Positions 53,176 to 64,000 of a stretch of DNA of 64,000 nucleotides are shown in pieces. This DNA is from an uncultured Actinomycetes bacterium. Its GTDB lineage: Bacteria > Actinomycetota > Thermoleophilia > Gaiellales > Gaiellaceae. The first letter of the stretch is position 1; each line of letters starts with the position of its first letter. The notes beneath the pieces are model-generated. The model did not search any database. It was not told where the DNA came from and saw nothing but the letters and a program-made list of their open reading frames with translations. Both the position numbers and the translations under genes were made by a program. The DNA lies in assembly GCA_963746435.1 (NCBI GenBank), contig CAVVAZ010000002.1, positions 143,222-207,221 of the forward strand, written 5' to 3'.

Positions 53176-53572
53176 CGCCTGCGCTCCCTTCGATCGCGCT
53201 CAGGTGAACCGCCCAGGCAGCGCGGTCCCAGATCTCGACGTGGTCGTGGACCCCGATCACGACGACGTCCTTGACGACCCCCGCATGCTCGGTGAGGTGC
53301 GGAGGGATGATGACCCGACCCTGCCGGTCGAGCTCGGCGACCGCCGCGCCGGCGAAGACGTATCGCTTCATCTCACGTGCCTCGCGGTTGAGCGAGTCGA
53401 GCTCGGCAATCCGAGCCGTGTTCTCGAGCCAACTCGCGCTCGCGTAGACGTCGATACACCGCTCGATGCCCCGAGCGAGGACGATGCCGTCGGCCAGCGA
53501 ATTCCGGAAGCGAGCCGGCAACGTGAGCCGGTTCTTCTCGTCGACTGAATGCTCGTACTCGCCGTAGAACAT
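53141..53572 (-). CDS. mraZ: transcriptional regulator MraZ
   Basis: MFYGEYEHSVDEKNRLTLPARFR gives the duplicated SpoVT/AbrB-like MraZ motif. This is the first gene of the dcw cluster. Confidence 0.85.
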   Translation of the reverse strand: MFYGEYEHSVDEKNRLTLPARFRNSLADGIVLARGIERCIDVYASASWLENTARIAELDSLNREAREMKRYVFAGAAVAELDRQGRVIIPPHLTEHAGVVKDVVVIGVHDHVEIWDRAAWAVHLSAIEGSAGDVAERLANQRG

Positions 53573-53603
53573 GGACACCGCCGGTAGGTAGTGGGCGAGG
53601 GGT

Positions 53604-53646
53604 CTCCCACGGATCCCCACTTTACTCCACTTTCCTCCACTGTCAA
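53604..53646 (-). promoter_or_regulatory. mraZ promoter with a MraZ operator. TTGACA is followed by four direct repeats GTGGAGGAAA / GTGGAGTAAA / GTGGGGATCC / GTGGGAGACC at exact 10-bp spacing.
   Basis: Read on the minus strand: ttgacaGTGGaggaaaGTGGagtaaaGTGGggatccGTGGgagacc...N28...ATG(mraZ). A putative -10 TAAAGT lies 16 nt after TTGACA, inside the repeats. The pattern matches the known MraZ binding-site architecture of GTGGG-type direct repeats on one helical face. Confidence 0.55.
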
Positions 53647-53799
53647 CCCCTGTGCAACAGCTGACCGGCTCGTCCAGCTCCCGGCCAGAATGTCTGGCCA
53701 TGGAGCTCCGCCTCGTCCTGACGGTGGACGACTTCGATCAGGCCGCCGCCTTCTACCGCGGCACGCTGGGCGTGCCCGAACACCGACGCGCGAAGGCGC

Positions 53800-54636
53800 A
53801 ACGACGCTGCGATCACTCGAGCGAGACGGCTCTGCGTGGACGCCCGGACCGGCGAGCGCGCCCGCTCCGCAGCGAGAGGCGAACGCGAGCACATCGGGAG
53901 GGTCGAGGCCGGCGCCGAGCGCAAATGCGAGGCCGGCGGCGAAGCAGTCTCCCGCACCGTAGGTGTCCTCGAATCGCTCGGGAATACGGCCCCCAGCGAA
54001 GGGACCGCCCGGCTGAGCCCACCCGCCAAGCGCTCCTGAGGTAGTCACGACGAGCTTCGGCTCGGGGTCGAGATCACCGAGCTTGTAGCGCTCGGCCTCG
54101 TCCTTTCCGCTCCCGACGAGGGCGTCGAGCTCGACCCCGCCGCGGCGAAGCGTTGCGAGCACCCGCGCGGTCGCGACGAGAACCCGCGCGCGGCGCGCGA
54201 GCCGCAGCGCGTCGACATCGCCCGCACAGAAGTACGCGACGTCGCACTGCGAGAGCTCGTGCCATGGGAGCGACTCGTCGTGCCCGCGCGGACCGAGACG
54301 CGGGCCGATCGTGGTGATCGTCCGCTCGCCGGTGCCGTCGAGATAGACGAAGCCGCGCCGCTGGGGCTCGAGGGCAGACGAGGCGTGCACGGCGATGCCG
54401 CGAGCCTCGAGCTCCTCCTTCGCCCGGCTGCCGAGCGGATCCGCTCCGAGCGACGTGAAGAAGTGGACCGAGTCAGCCAGCTTCGAGAGCTGCACGGCTG
54501 CGACGCTGCCCCCGCCCGCAGCTTCCTCCCACGTCTCGTCCGCGTGGACGATCTCTCCCGCGCTCGGCACCCGCTCCACCGGAACGAACTCGATCCACTC
54601 GACGTGTCCGACGACCGCTGCGATCACAAGCCGCAT
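53800..54636 (-). CDS. PfkB-family carbohydrate kinase (ribokinase-like). The 3' end is uncertain because the ORF reads through to 53368.
   Basis: DTYGAGDCFAAGLAFAL is the PfkB signature 2, and an N-terminal Gly-rich region is present. Confidence 0.6.
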
Positions 54637-54670
54637 GCTCACAAATCGTCGACCTCCGGCGTTGAAAGCC

Positions 54671-55138
54671 ATGATGCACGCGGTGCCGATTCCACCCTTC
54701 GAGCGCTTTTACGAGGAGCACAGGAGCGACGTGATGCAGCTTCTGCGTCGCCGGCTCGGCCGCGAGCGTGCCGACGATGCGTTCCAGGAGACGTTCCTGC
54801 GGGCGCTCCAGGCGTACCGCCGGCTCGAGCATGGCGAGCATCTCCGGGCGTGGGTGCTCACGATCGCCCAGCACGTCGCGATCGACACGCTACGCCGCTC
54901 GCGCGTTCACGCCGAATCCGCCGACCCGGGCGCAGAAGACGGCCGCGCCGCCTATCTCGAGCTCGCGCCGTTGACCGACGGCCTACCGGCGAAGGAACGG
55001 GCGGCCGTCGTGCTGCGCTATGGCTACGACCTCTCGTACGACCAGATCGCGGCCGCGCTCGGGTCGAGTGCCGAAGCCGCGCGCCAGGCCACTTCTACCG
55101 GCGTACGGAAACTACGAAAGAGGAGGATCGTGCAATGA
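54671..55138 (+). CDS. ECF-type sigma-70 family RNA polymerase sigma factor
   Basis: Region 2 (FERFYEEHRSDVMQLLRRRLG...DAFQETFLRALQAYRRL...AWVLTIAQHVAIDTLRR) and region 4 (LPAKERAAVVLRYGYDLSYDQIAAALGSSAEAARQATSTGVRKLR) are both present. The length is about 155 aa. Confidence 0.7.
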   Translation: MMHAVPIPPFERFYEEHRSDVMQLLRRRLGRERADDAFQETFLRALQAYRRLEHGEHLRAWVLTIAQHVAIDTLRRSRVHAESADPGAEDGRAAYLELAPLTDGLPAKERAAVVLRYGYDLSYDQIAAALGSSAEAARQATSTGVRKLRKRRIVQ

Positions 55139-55716
55139 CCATCTCCCCCCAGGTCGATCGGCGTTTCCGCGACGCGGCGCTCTCACTGGGGCTCGTCGAT
55201 GTCGGGTTCGACGTGATCGACTCCCCGGTCGGTCCGCTGCTCGTCGCCGTCTCCACCGAGGGACTTGCCGCCATCTCGTACAGCGTGAGGGCGGAAGCCG
55301 AGCTCGAGCGTATCGCTCGGATTGCCGGGCCGTGCGTTCTCCGCTCGCCTCGGAGCGTCGACGAGGTGAGACGCGAGCTCGACGAGTACTTCGCGGGTCG
55401 CCGGCAGGTGTTCGACCTGACTCTCGATCTCCGCGGCATGGCGCCGTTCACCTTCACGGTGCTTCAGGAGCTGGCCCGTGTGCCCTACGGTGAGACGACG
55501 ACGTACGGTGCCCTCGCCTCCCGCGTCGGACACCCGCGCGCCGCGCGGGCGGTCGGGACGGTCATGAACAAGAACAGGATCCCGATCGTGCTCCCGTGTC
55601 ACCGTGTCGTCGGCGCAAACGGCAACCTCGTCGGCTACGCGGGCGGGCTCGAGCGGAAGACCGCGCTGCTCGAGCTCGAGGGGGCGCGGATCGGTCCGGC
55701 GCGGCTGTTCGAGTAA
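55135..55716 (+). CDS. ogt: methylated-DNA--protein-cysteine methyltransferase (O6-alkylguanine-DNA alkyltransferase)
   Basis: The PCHRVV active site, VPYGETTTYGALA, and an N-terminal Ada/Ogt domain are present. Its ATG overlaps the sigma factor stop (ATGA). Confidence 0.85.
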   Translation: MTISPQVDRRFRDAALSLGLVDVGFDVIDSPVGPLLVAVSTEGLAAISYSVRAEAELERIARIAGPCVLRSPRSVDEVRRELDEYFAGRRQVFDLTLDLRGMAPFTFTVLQELARVPYGETTTYGALASRVGHPRAARAVGTVMNKNRIPIVLPCHRVVGANGNLVGYAGGLERKTALLELEGARIGPARLFE

Positions 55717-55721
55717 ATGCG

Positions 55722-56400
55722 CTACTCGAGCAGCCGGTAGCCGACGCCCCACACGTTGACGACGAAGCGGTCGTCTTCAGCGACCCGAAGCCTGCGGCGC
55801 AGACGCGATGCGTGCGACTCGAGCGTGCGTGTCCGCCCCATGGCCCGGTAGCCCCAGACCTCGCGCAGGAGCTCTTCTTTGGAGAAGACGCGGTGCGGCT
55901 CGACGGCGAGCTTCGCGAGGAGCTCGAACTCCTTCGCGGAGAGCGTCACGTAGGTATCGCGCACGGCGACGCGACGCGTCCGCCGGTCGATGACGAGGTC
56001 GCCCGCAACGGTTACCTCCGCTGAGGTGGCCGAGCTCCGACGCAGAAGTGCGCGGATGCGTGCGAGCAGCTCCTCGTAGGCGAAAGGTCTGCCGATGACG
56101 TCGTCGGCACCTCGGTCGAGCGCTCGCACCCGCTCGACCGTGTCCGACGGAAGGGGCGAGCAGGATCACGGGGATGTTCCGATCCCAGCTCCTCCCCGGC
56201 TCTCCCCGTCGCAGGCGAAGGCAGAGATCGAGCTCCGCGAGCAGCACGAGGTCCGGTCGCACCCGCTCCGCGAGGTCGAGCGCCTCGCTCCGGCGCGCGG
56301 CGCCCAGCACATCGAACCCGTCGTCCCGAAGCTGTCGACCGAGGTATTCGCGTGTTGCCGACTCGGGCTCGGCGACGAGGACGGCGCTTGGCATGCCGCC
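55722..56400 (-). CDS. OmpR-family response regulator, with an apparent frameshift near 56140
   Basis: The winged-helix C-terminus LSAKEFELLAKLAVEPHRVFSKEELLREVWGY...VNVWGVGYRL is in ORF 55722..56129. The receiver domain MPSAVLVAEPESATREYLGRQLRDDGFDV...DLVLLAELDL...IPVILLA lies in the frame of ORF 55777..56910. Confidence 0.7.
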
Positions 56401-56509
56401 GACGCTAGCCGCGTCCGGACCGGTGCGCCAGATGTCCTTTGCGGCGAAAGCATCACAAGCGTTCCTCACCTGTCCGGGGCGAGCATGACTCGCTCCGAGA
56501 CTTCGGCGC

Positions 56510-58177
56510 TCAGAGACGAGAGTGGCGCATGATCCCCCAGACCAACCAGACGCCGAGGATCCCCGAGAGCACGAATCCGAGGAACGAGAGCGCATGGAGG
56601 CCGAGGATCCGCGGTCCTTCTCGCGCGAAGACACCGACGATCGAGGAGCCGACGAGTCCTCCGAGAACGACGAGCGCGATGGAGAGCCGGTTCGATGCCT
56701 GGTCGAGATGCTCGTCGAGCTGGTCGAGGCCCGGATTGTCGAAACGAACCTGGAACGTCCCGTCGCGCATGCGCTCGAGGACGTCGTGGGCCTGGTAGGG
56801 CAGATCCCGGGCGATGGATCCGAGAGCGAGCGCCTCGGCCCGCGCCCGGCGGGCGACGACGCGAGGGTGGAAGCGGTCGACGAGCAGCCCTCGGGCGTAG
56901 GGCTTCGCAACCTCGAAGACGTTGAAGTCCGGGTACACCTCCTGGCCGACCGACGCGAGCGTTGCGATCGCCTTGTCGAGCATCACGAAGCGCGAAGGGA
57001 GTCGCAGGTTCAGCGAGTAGATGAGCTGAAACGCCTCCCGGATGATCTGAATCGGGTCGATCTCCGACAGCCGGCTTCCGTAGTACCGGTCGAAGAGCAC
57101 CTGCAACTCACGCCGGAACTCCTCTTCGCGCTCGGGGTCGTAGCGGACCCCTAGCTCGCGAAGCCGCCGGGGAATCGCGTCGACGTTCTCGGTCGCCGCA
57201 TCGACGAAGAGCCGGGTCAGCCGCGCCATGTCCTCGTCCGTGAGCTTGCCCGCCTGTCCGAAGTCGACCAGGCCGAGCTCGCCCGAATCGAGGACGAAGA
57301 TGTTCGCCGGGTGGGGGTCGGCGTGGAAGAACCCGTGCCGGAAGACCATCGTCATCCATGTGTCCGCCATGCGGTTGACGACCTCGCGACGCTCCTCCGG
57401 CCCCATCGACTCGAGGTCGAGATTGGCGACCTTCGTCCCGTGCAGGAACTCGAGGGTCAGTACGCGCGCAGACGAGTATTGCCGGATGACGCGAGGCACT
57501 ACGACGCCCGGATGGTGCGCGAAGTTGCGATGGAAGGTCTCGGCGTTTCGCGCCTCGTGGCCGTAGTCGAGCTCGAGGCGAATCGAGCGTGCGAACTCGT
57601 CGACCAGCTCACGTGGATCGACGAACTCGAGCGCCTTCACCCGTTCGCGCAGTAGCTTGGCGGCCTGATAGAGGAGGCCGAGGTCGGCTTCGATCTGTCC
57701 GGGAGCCGCAGGACGCTGCACCTTGACGGCGACCTCCTGCCCGTCGGGAAGGACGGCGCGGTGCACCTGCCCGATCGAGGCCGACGCCAGCGGAACGATG
57801 TCGAACTCGAGGAACGCACGCTCGACGGTGAGGCCGAGGTCGGCCTCGACCACATCCCGGACGTCGTTGAAGCCCACCGGGCTGACGTCGTCCTGGAGCC
57901 CCCGGAGCTCGACCACGATGTCCGGCGGAACGACGTCGGGACGGGTCGACAAGAGCTGGCCGAACTTGACGAAGGTCGGACCGAGCTCGTCGAGCATCTC
58001 CCGGAGCCGCCGACCCCGGTCCGAGCCCGTTCCGTCGATGTCGACTCGCTCCCCGCGCGGCAGGAGATCGCCGAGCCGGTACTTGCGGATGAAGTACCCG
58101 AACCCGTGTCGCGCGGCGACCTGTGCGATCTCCGAGAGCCGCCCGAGACTGCGCGGCTTCGCCTCAGGACCAGCCAT
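56510..58177 (-). CDS. ABC1/UbiB-family atypical protein kinase
   Basis: ELGPTFVKFGQLLSTRPDVVP...ASIGQVHRA...HADPHPANIFV...DFG, with C-terminal TM helices. The ORF is intact at 555 aa. Confidence 0.85.
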   Translation of the reverse strand: MAGPEAKPRSLGRLSEIAQVAARHGFGYFIRKYRLGDLLPRGERVDIDGTGSDRGRRLREMLDELGPTFVKFGQLLSTRPDVVPPDIVVELRGLQDDVSPVGFNDVRDVVEADLGLTVERAFLEFDIVPLASASIGQVHRAVLPDGQEVAVKVQRPAAPGQIEADLGLLYQAAKLLRERVKALEFVDPRELVDEFARSIRLELDYGHEARNAETFHRNFAHHPGVVVPRVIRQYSSARVLTLEFLHGTKVANLDLESMGPEERREVVNRMADTWMTMVFRHGFFHADPHPANIFVLDSGELGLVDFGQAGKLTDEDMARLTRLFVDAATENVDAIPRRLRELGVRYDPEREEEFRRELQVLFDRYYGSRLSEIDPIQIIREAFQLIYSLNLRLPSRFVMLDKAIATLASVGQEVYPDFNVFEVAKPYARGLLVDRFHPRVVARRARAEALALGSIARDLPYQAHDVLERMRDGTFQVRFDNPGLDQLDEHLDQASNRLSIALVVLGGLVGSSIVGVFAREGPRILGLHALSFLGFVLSGILGVWLVWGIMRHSRL

Positions 58178-58364
58178 GCCCTCAGTCTCGCACGGCGAGA
58201 GGCCAGCCTTAAGGTGAATCGCGACGGCCGGGCTGCGAAGCAGCCGGCTTCAGGGATTTGCGCGCCACGATGTTCGTGCGATCGGAAACCGCGCGAGCGG
58301 ATTCCGATCTTGCACAGAGAGAAGCAATCCGCGCTCGCGGATTCCGGCCCTGCGCCAACAGCAA

Positions 58365-58690
58365 CTAGCGCTCGAGGAGCTTCAGGCGGTGCTCGAGCTG
58401 GGCCACGCGCAGCTCGAGCTCGTCGACGGCTTCCTGCGACGCCAGGCCGAGCTCCTCCGCCACGCGGGCCGCCGCACCGCCCGTGCTCAGCCCGAGCCGC
58501 CGCGCCTCCCTGCGCCAGCTCGAGACTGCGTCACCGAGCGCTGCCTGCATCTCTTCGCGATCGACCCCGATTCGGTCGGCGAGCTCGTCGGACAGATCGT
58601 CCAAACGCCCGGCGGCGAGAGCCAGCGCGCCGATGCCGGCCAGTGTGACGGTCTCGAGCGGGCCGCGGCTGTTACCGCGAGCGGCCATGT
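58365..58690 (-). CDS. hypothetical coiled-coil protein
   Basis: The ORF has a C-terminal heptad-like LELRVAQLEHRLKLLER. This is a weak call. Confidence 0.3.
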
Positions 58691-58827
58691 GGCCTCGAAG
58701 CGCGCCGCTGGCGGCGTCGCTCGCGCTTGGACGAGGTGGCTCCGAGATCGCCGACGCCCGCAGCAGCGGGAGCCGGCTTCGGAGCCGGCGCACGTGGCGG
58801 CCTCACCGCCTGACCCCGCTTTCGTCG

Positions 58828-59824
58828 TCAGGGTGCGCGTCGCTCGGGCGTTTCGTCGAGGAGCGCGCCGCCCACCGTCGTGACGCCCTCGAGGGCGCCG
58901 AGATCGTCGCGACGGCGCGCGAACTCGGGCTCGCGCTCCTTGAGGACGGCGACCAGAGGAGCTGCCAGGAAGACGGACGAGTAGGCGCCGAATCCGATGC
59001 CGACGAGGAGAGCGAAAGCGAAGTCCTTGAGCGTGTCGCCGCCGAAGGCCCACAGCGCGGCGATCGGGACGAGGGTAATGAAGGTCGTCGCGAGTGAGCG
59101 CGGCAGAACTTCCCAGAGCGAGACGTTTCCGATCACCCGGAACGAAGCGCGCCGCATGAGCGGCACGTTCTCGCGGATACGGTCGAAGACGATGATCGTG
59201 TCGTAGATCGAGTAACCGAGAACGGTGAGGACCGCCGCGACGGTCGCCGTGGACACCTCCTTCCCCGTCAGCGCGTAGATGCCGACGGTGATCACGAGGT
59301 CGTGAGCGAGCGCGACGAGCACGCCGACCGAGTACTTCCACTGGAACCTGAACGAGATGTAGAGGACGATCAGGAAGAGGCTGGCGAGGATCGCGAAGAT
59401 CGCGGAGTTCGCGATCTGGCGGCCGAAGCTCTCGGACACGTTCTTCGCCCCGAAGGCCGTCGCCCCGACCGCGTCCGCGAGGCCGTCCTGGAGATCGTTC
59501 TGCTCGGCGGTCGTGAGCGCCTCGGTACGGATCTGGAAGCTCGTGTACTTGTCGTCGACCGAGTCTCCACGGCCCTGGATGACGGCGCCCGCCTGCCCGA
59601 TCTGCGCGGCCTCCTCGCGAACGGTGTCGAGTGCCGTGGCTTCGGGAGTCCTGAACGTGACCTGCGTACCGCCCTCGAAGTCGATACCGAGGTTGAGCCC
59701 CTTGAAGACGAGCGCCCCCAACGAGATCGCGATGACGACGCGCCGAGAACGCAAACCAGAAGCGACGCTTGCCGATGTAGTCGACGCGGAGCCAGCGTGG
59801 AATGCCTTGGCCCGTCGCACCCAT
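58828..59824 (-). CDS. secF: protein translocase subunit SecF, with an apparent frameshift near 59745
   Basis: The N-terminus ...RVDYIGKRRFWFAFSA lies in the frame of ORF 58487..61435. The body (NLGIDFEGGTQ...AILASLFLIVLYISFRFQW...DTIIVFDRIREN) is in ORF 58828..59877. Confidence 0.8.
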
Positions 59825-59829
59825 GAGGC

Positions 59830-61435
59830 GCGGGTTCTCGAGCCAACCGAATCCGCCGAGCAGCGCCAGAATGGCACGCGTCGCGAGCACCGCGGTGAGC
59901 ATCGAGAGCGCGGTGCCGATCAGCAGCATCAGCGCGAAGCCACGCACGCTCGCCGTCGCGACCGCGAAGAGCACCATCGCCGTGATCGCGGTAACGACGT
60001 TCGCGTCGACGATCGTCGCGAATCCTTTCCTGTAGCCCTGCGCGATGGCCGCACGCATCGAGCGGCCCGCGCGCACTTCCTCCTTGATCCGCTCGAAGAT
60101 GACGATGTTCGCGTCCGCGGCGACACCGAACGTGAGCACGAGCCCGGCGAAGCCGGGGAGCGTGAGGGTGACGTTGAAAATCAGGATCGTGGCGTACAGG
60201 AACGCCGCGTAGATCCCGAGCCCCGCAACGGCCACGAGGCCGAGGAAGCGGTAGAAGAGGAGCAGGAACACCGCCACGAGGATGAGGCCGCCGAGCGCCG
60301 CGCGCCGCGCCTCGTTGAGCGAGTCCTTCCCCAGCGTCGCCGAGATGTCGGTCCGGTCGAGCGTCTCGAAGTTGACCGGGAGCGCTCCGGTTTGGAGGAC
60401 GATCGCGATGTCCTTCGCCTCGCCGAGCGACTCCAGACCCTCGATCTGAGCCCGCCCGCCGCCGATGCCTCCGGAAAGAGAGCTGTCCGTGTAGTCGATC
60501 TGCGGGAAGGTCCGGATCTCCCGGTCGAGCACGATCGCGAAGTGCTGCGGCGCTCCGCGGAGCTTTCCGCGGATCCACTCGTCGCGGGTGATCTTCTCGA
60601 AGCGGTCGGCGCCTCGGCCCGTGAACTCCATGGTCACGATCGGCCGCCCGCCGCCCCCAGGGGTGGTGTCGAAGTCGGCCCGCGTCCCCGAGAGCTTCAG
60701 ATCCTCGCCCGTCATCTGCGGCACGTTCGGCGGGTCGTACTCGAAGAGGTAGTAGTAGGTCCGGTCCGCCGCGACGCCTGCGCCCTGCGCTCCGGGGCAG
60801 AAGACCGCGTTCTGTCCGCAGGTGACGACGACCATCCCGTCGGGCACTGCGAGGATCTCACGCAGATCGGGGCGTTTGCTCTCGACCTTGACCGCCTCGT
60901 CCCTGCTGTCGAACGGCCCGTCCACGAGCTTCTTCGTCTTCTCGTTGAAGACGTAGAACGCCGTGGACGTGTCGCCCGACGCCTGGGTCTGAACCCGCCT
61001 GAGGAGCTCGTAGAGAGACCCGTACTCCTGCGGTTCGCCGCGAATCGAGACGGACGGGCCGACGAGCGACGTCTCGAGGTCGTAGAGCTCCAGCTGAGCC
61101 GTCTTGCCGATGATGTCGGCGGCGGCCTGGGGATCGCTGACTCCGGGCAGCTGGATCACGATCTGGTTGTCGCCCTGCTTGCGGATCTCCGGCTCGGTCA
61201 CGCCGAGCTTGTCCACGCGGCTCCGCATGATCTCGACCGAGCGGTCGAGGTCCTCCGCGGTCAGGTCGCGATTCGGCGGCGGCACCGCCTGCAGGGTGAC
61301 CTCGAGACCGCCCTGCAGATCCAGGCCGAGGGTGGGCTTCTGCCGGATCGGCGAGCCCGGGACGGCCAGCAACGCGACGCCGACGAGTGCCGCGACGAGC
61401 AGGCCGATGACGAAGAAGGACGAGCGACGATTCAC
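59830..61435 (-). CDS. secD: protein translocase subunit SecD. The C-terminus reads through into secF without a stop, which is probably a further indel.
   Basis: An N-terminal TM is followed by a periplasmic domain (LGLDLQGG, QIVIQLPGV), then C-terminal TM helices with DANIVIFERIKEE. Confidence 0.8.
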
Positions 61436-61450
61436 GAGCGGCGGCTCACG

Positions 61451-64000
<2,550 letters not shown>

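Overview
This is a 64 kb, roughly 70% GC stretch of chromosome with an actinobacterial-type layout, packed almost entirely with housekeeping genes. The dcw cell-wall/division cluster runs on the minus strand with no ftsA, and GcvP is split into two subunits, which would fit Thermoleophilia/Rubrobacteria-like lineages, though I cannot confirm taxonomy from sequence alone.

Gene content, in order along the window:
- **1 to 11.4 kb (minus strand):** mnmA, an rlpA-like gene, aspS, hisS, an MBL-fold hydrolase, a small membrane protein, then the histidine-utilisation genes hutI, hutU, hutH and a glutamate formimidoyltransferase. These are tightly coupled, several by GTGA stop/start overlaps.
- **11.4 to 16.1 kb (plus strand):** a heterodimeric ABC exporter pair and an HD-domain protein, diverging from the hut genes.
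- **16.1 to 24.8 kb:** a small accessory-like region. It holds tRNA-Gln(CUG), an Rpf-type transglycosylase-like secreted protein, a nitroreductase and tRNA-Glu(CUC). Next comes a 1.1 kb stretch with no credible ORFs but a degraded Phd/YefM-like antitoxin remnant. Two paralogous secreted proteins with Ig-like repeats then bracket decayed metal-transporter genes (a HupE/UreJ fragment, a truncated CDF exporter, and a short inverted CDF-like fragment). A MaoC dehydratase closes the region.
- **24.8 to 34.3 kb:** gltX, nfo, a Ca2+/H+ antiporter, a secreted clan-A-type glycoside hydrolase, ltaE, rlmN, an SPFH/prohibitin protein followed by a 43-aa membrane peptide, a VOC enzyme and an NTF2-like protein.
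- **34.3 to 53.7 kb:** the gcvT-gcvH-gcvPA-gcvPB operon sits directly downstream of ftsZ. It is followed by the full dcw cluster, ftsQ-murB-murC-murG-ftsW-murD-mraY-murF-murE-ftsI-ftsL-rsmH-mraZ. The mraZ promoter carries a textbook operator of four GTGG(G) direct repeats at 10-bp spacing.
- **53.7 to 64 kb:** a PfkB kinase, an ECF sigma factor translationally coupled to an O6-alkylguanine transferase (ogt), an orphan OmpR-type response regulator, a UbiB/ABC1 kinase, secF, secD, yajC, tgt and a partial queA.

The main caveat is that at least about 25 conserved genes, many of them essential (aspS, gltX, murD, murE, murF, murG, ftsW, secD/secF), are each broken by apparent single-base frameshifts. 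This looks like indel error in the sequence rather than gene decay, so any pseudogene call here, including the decayed island genes, is provisional. I found no CRISPR array, no integrase or transposase, and no clearly novel multi-gene system. The most interesting candidates are listed in the findings.
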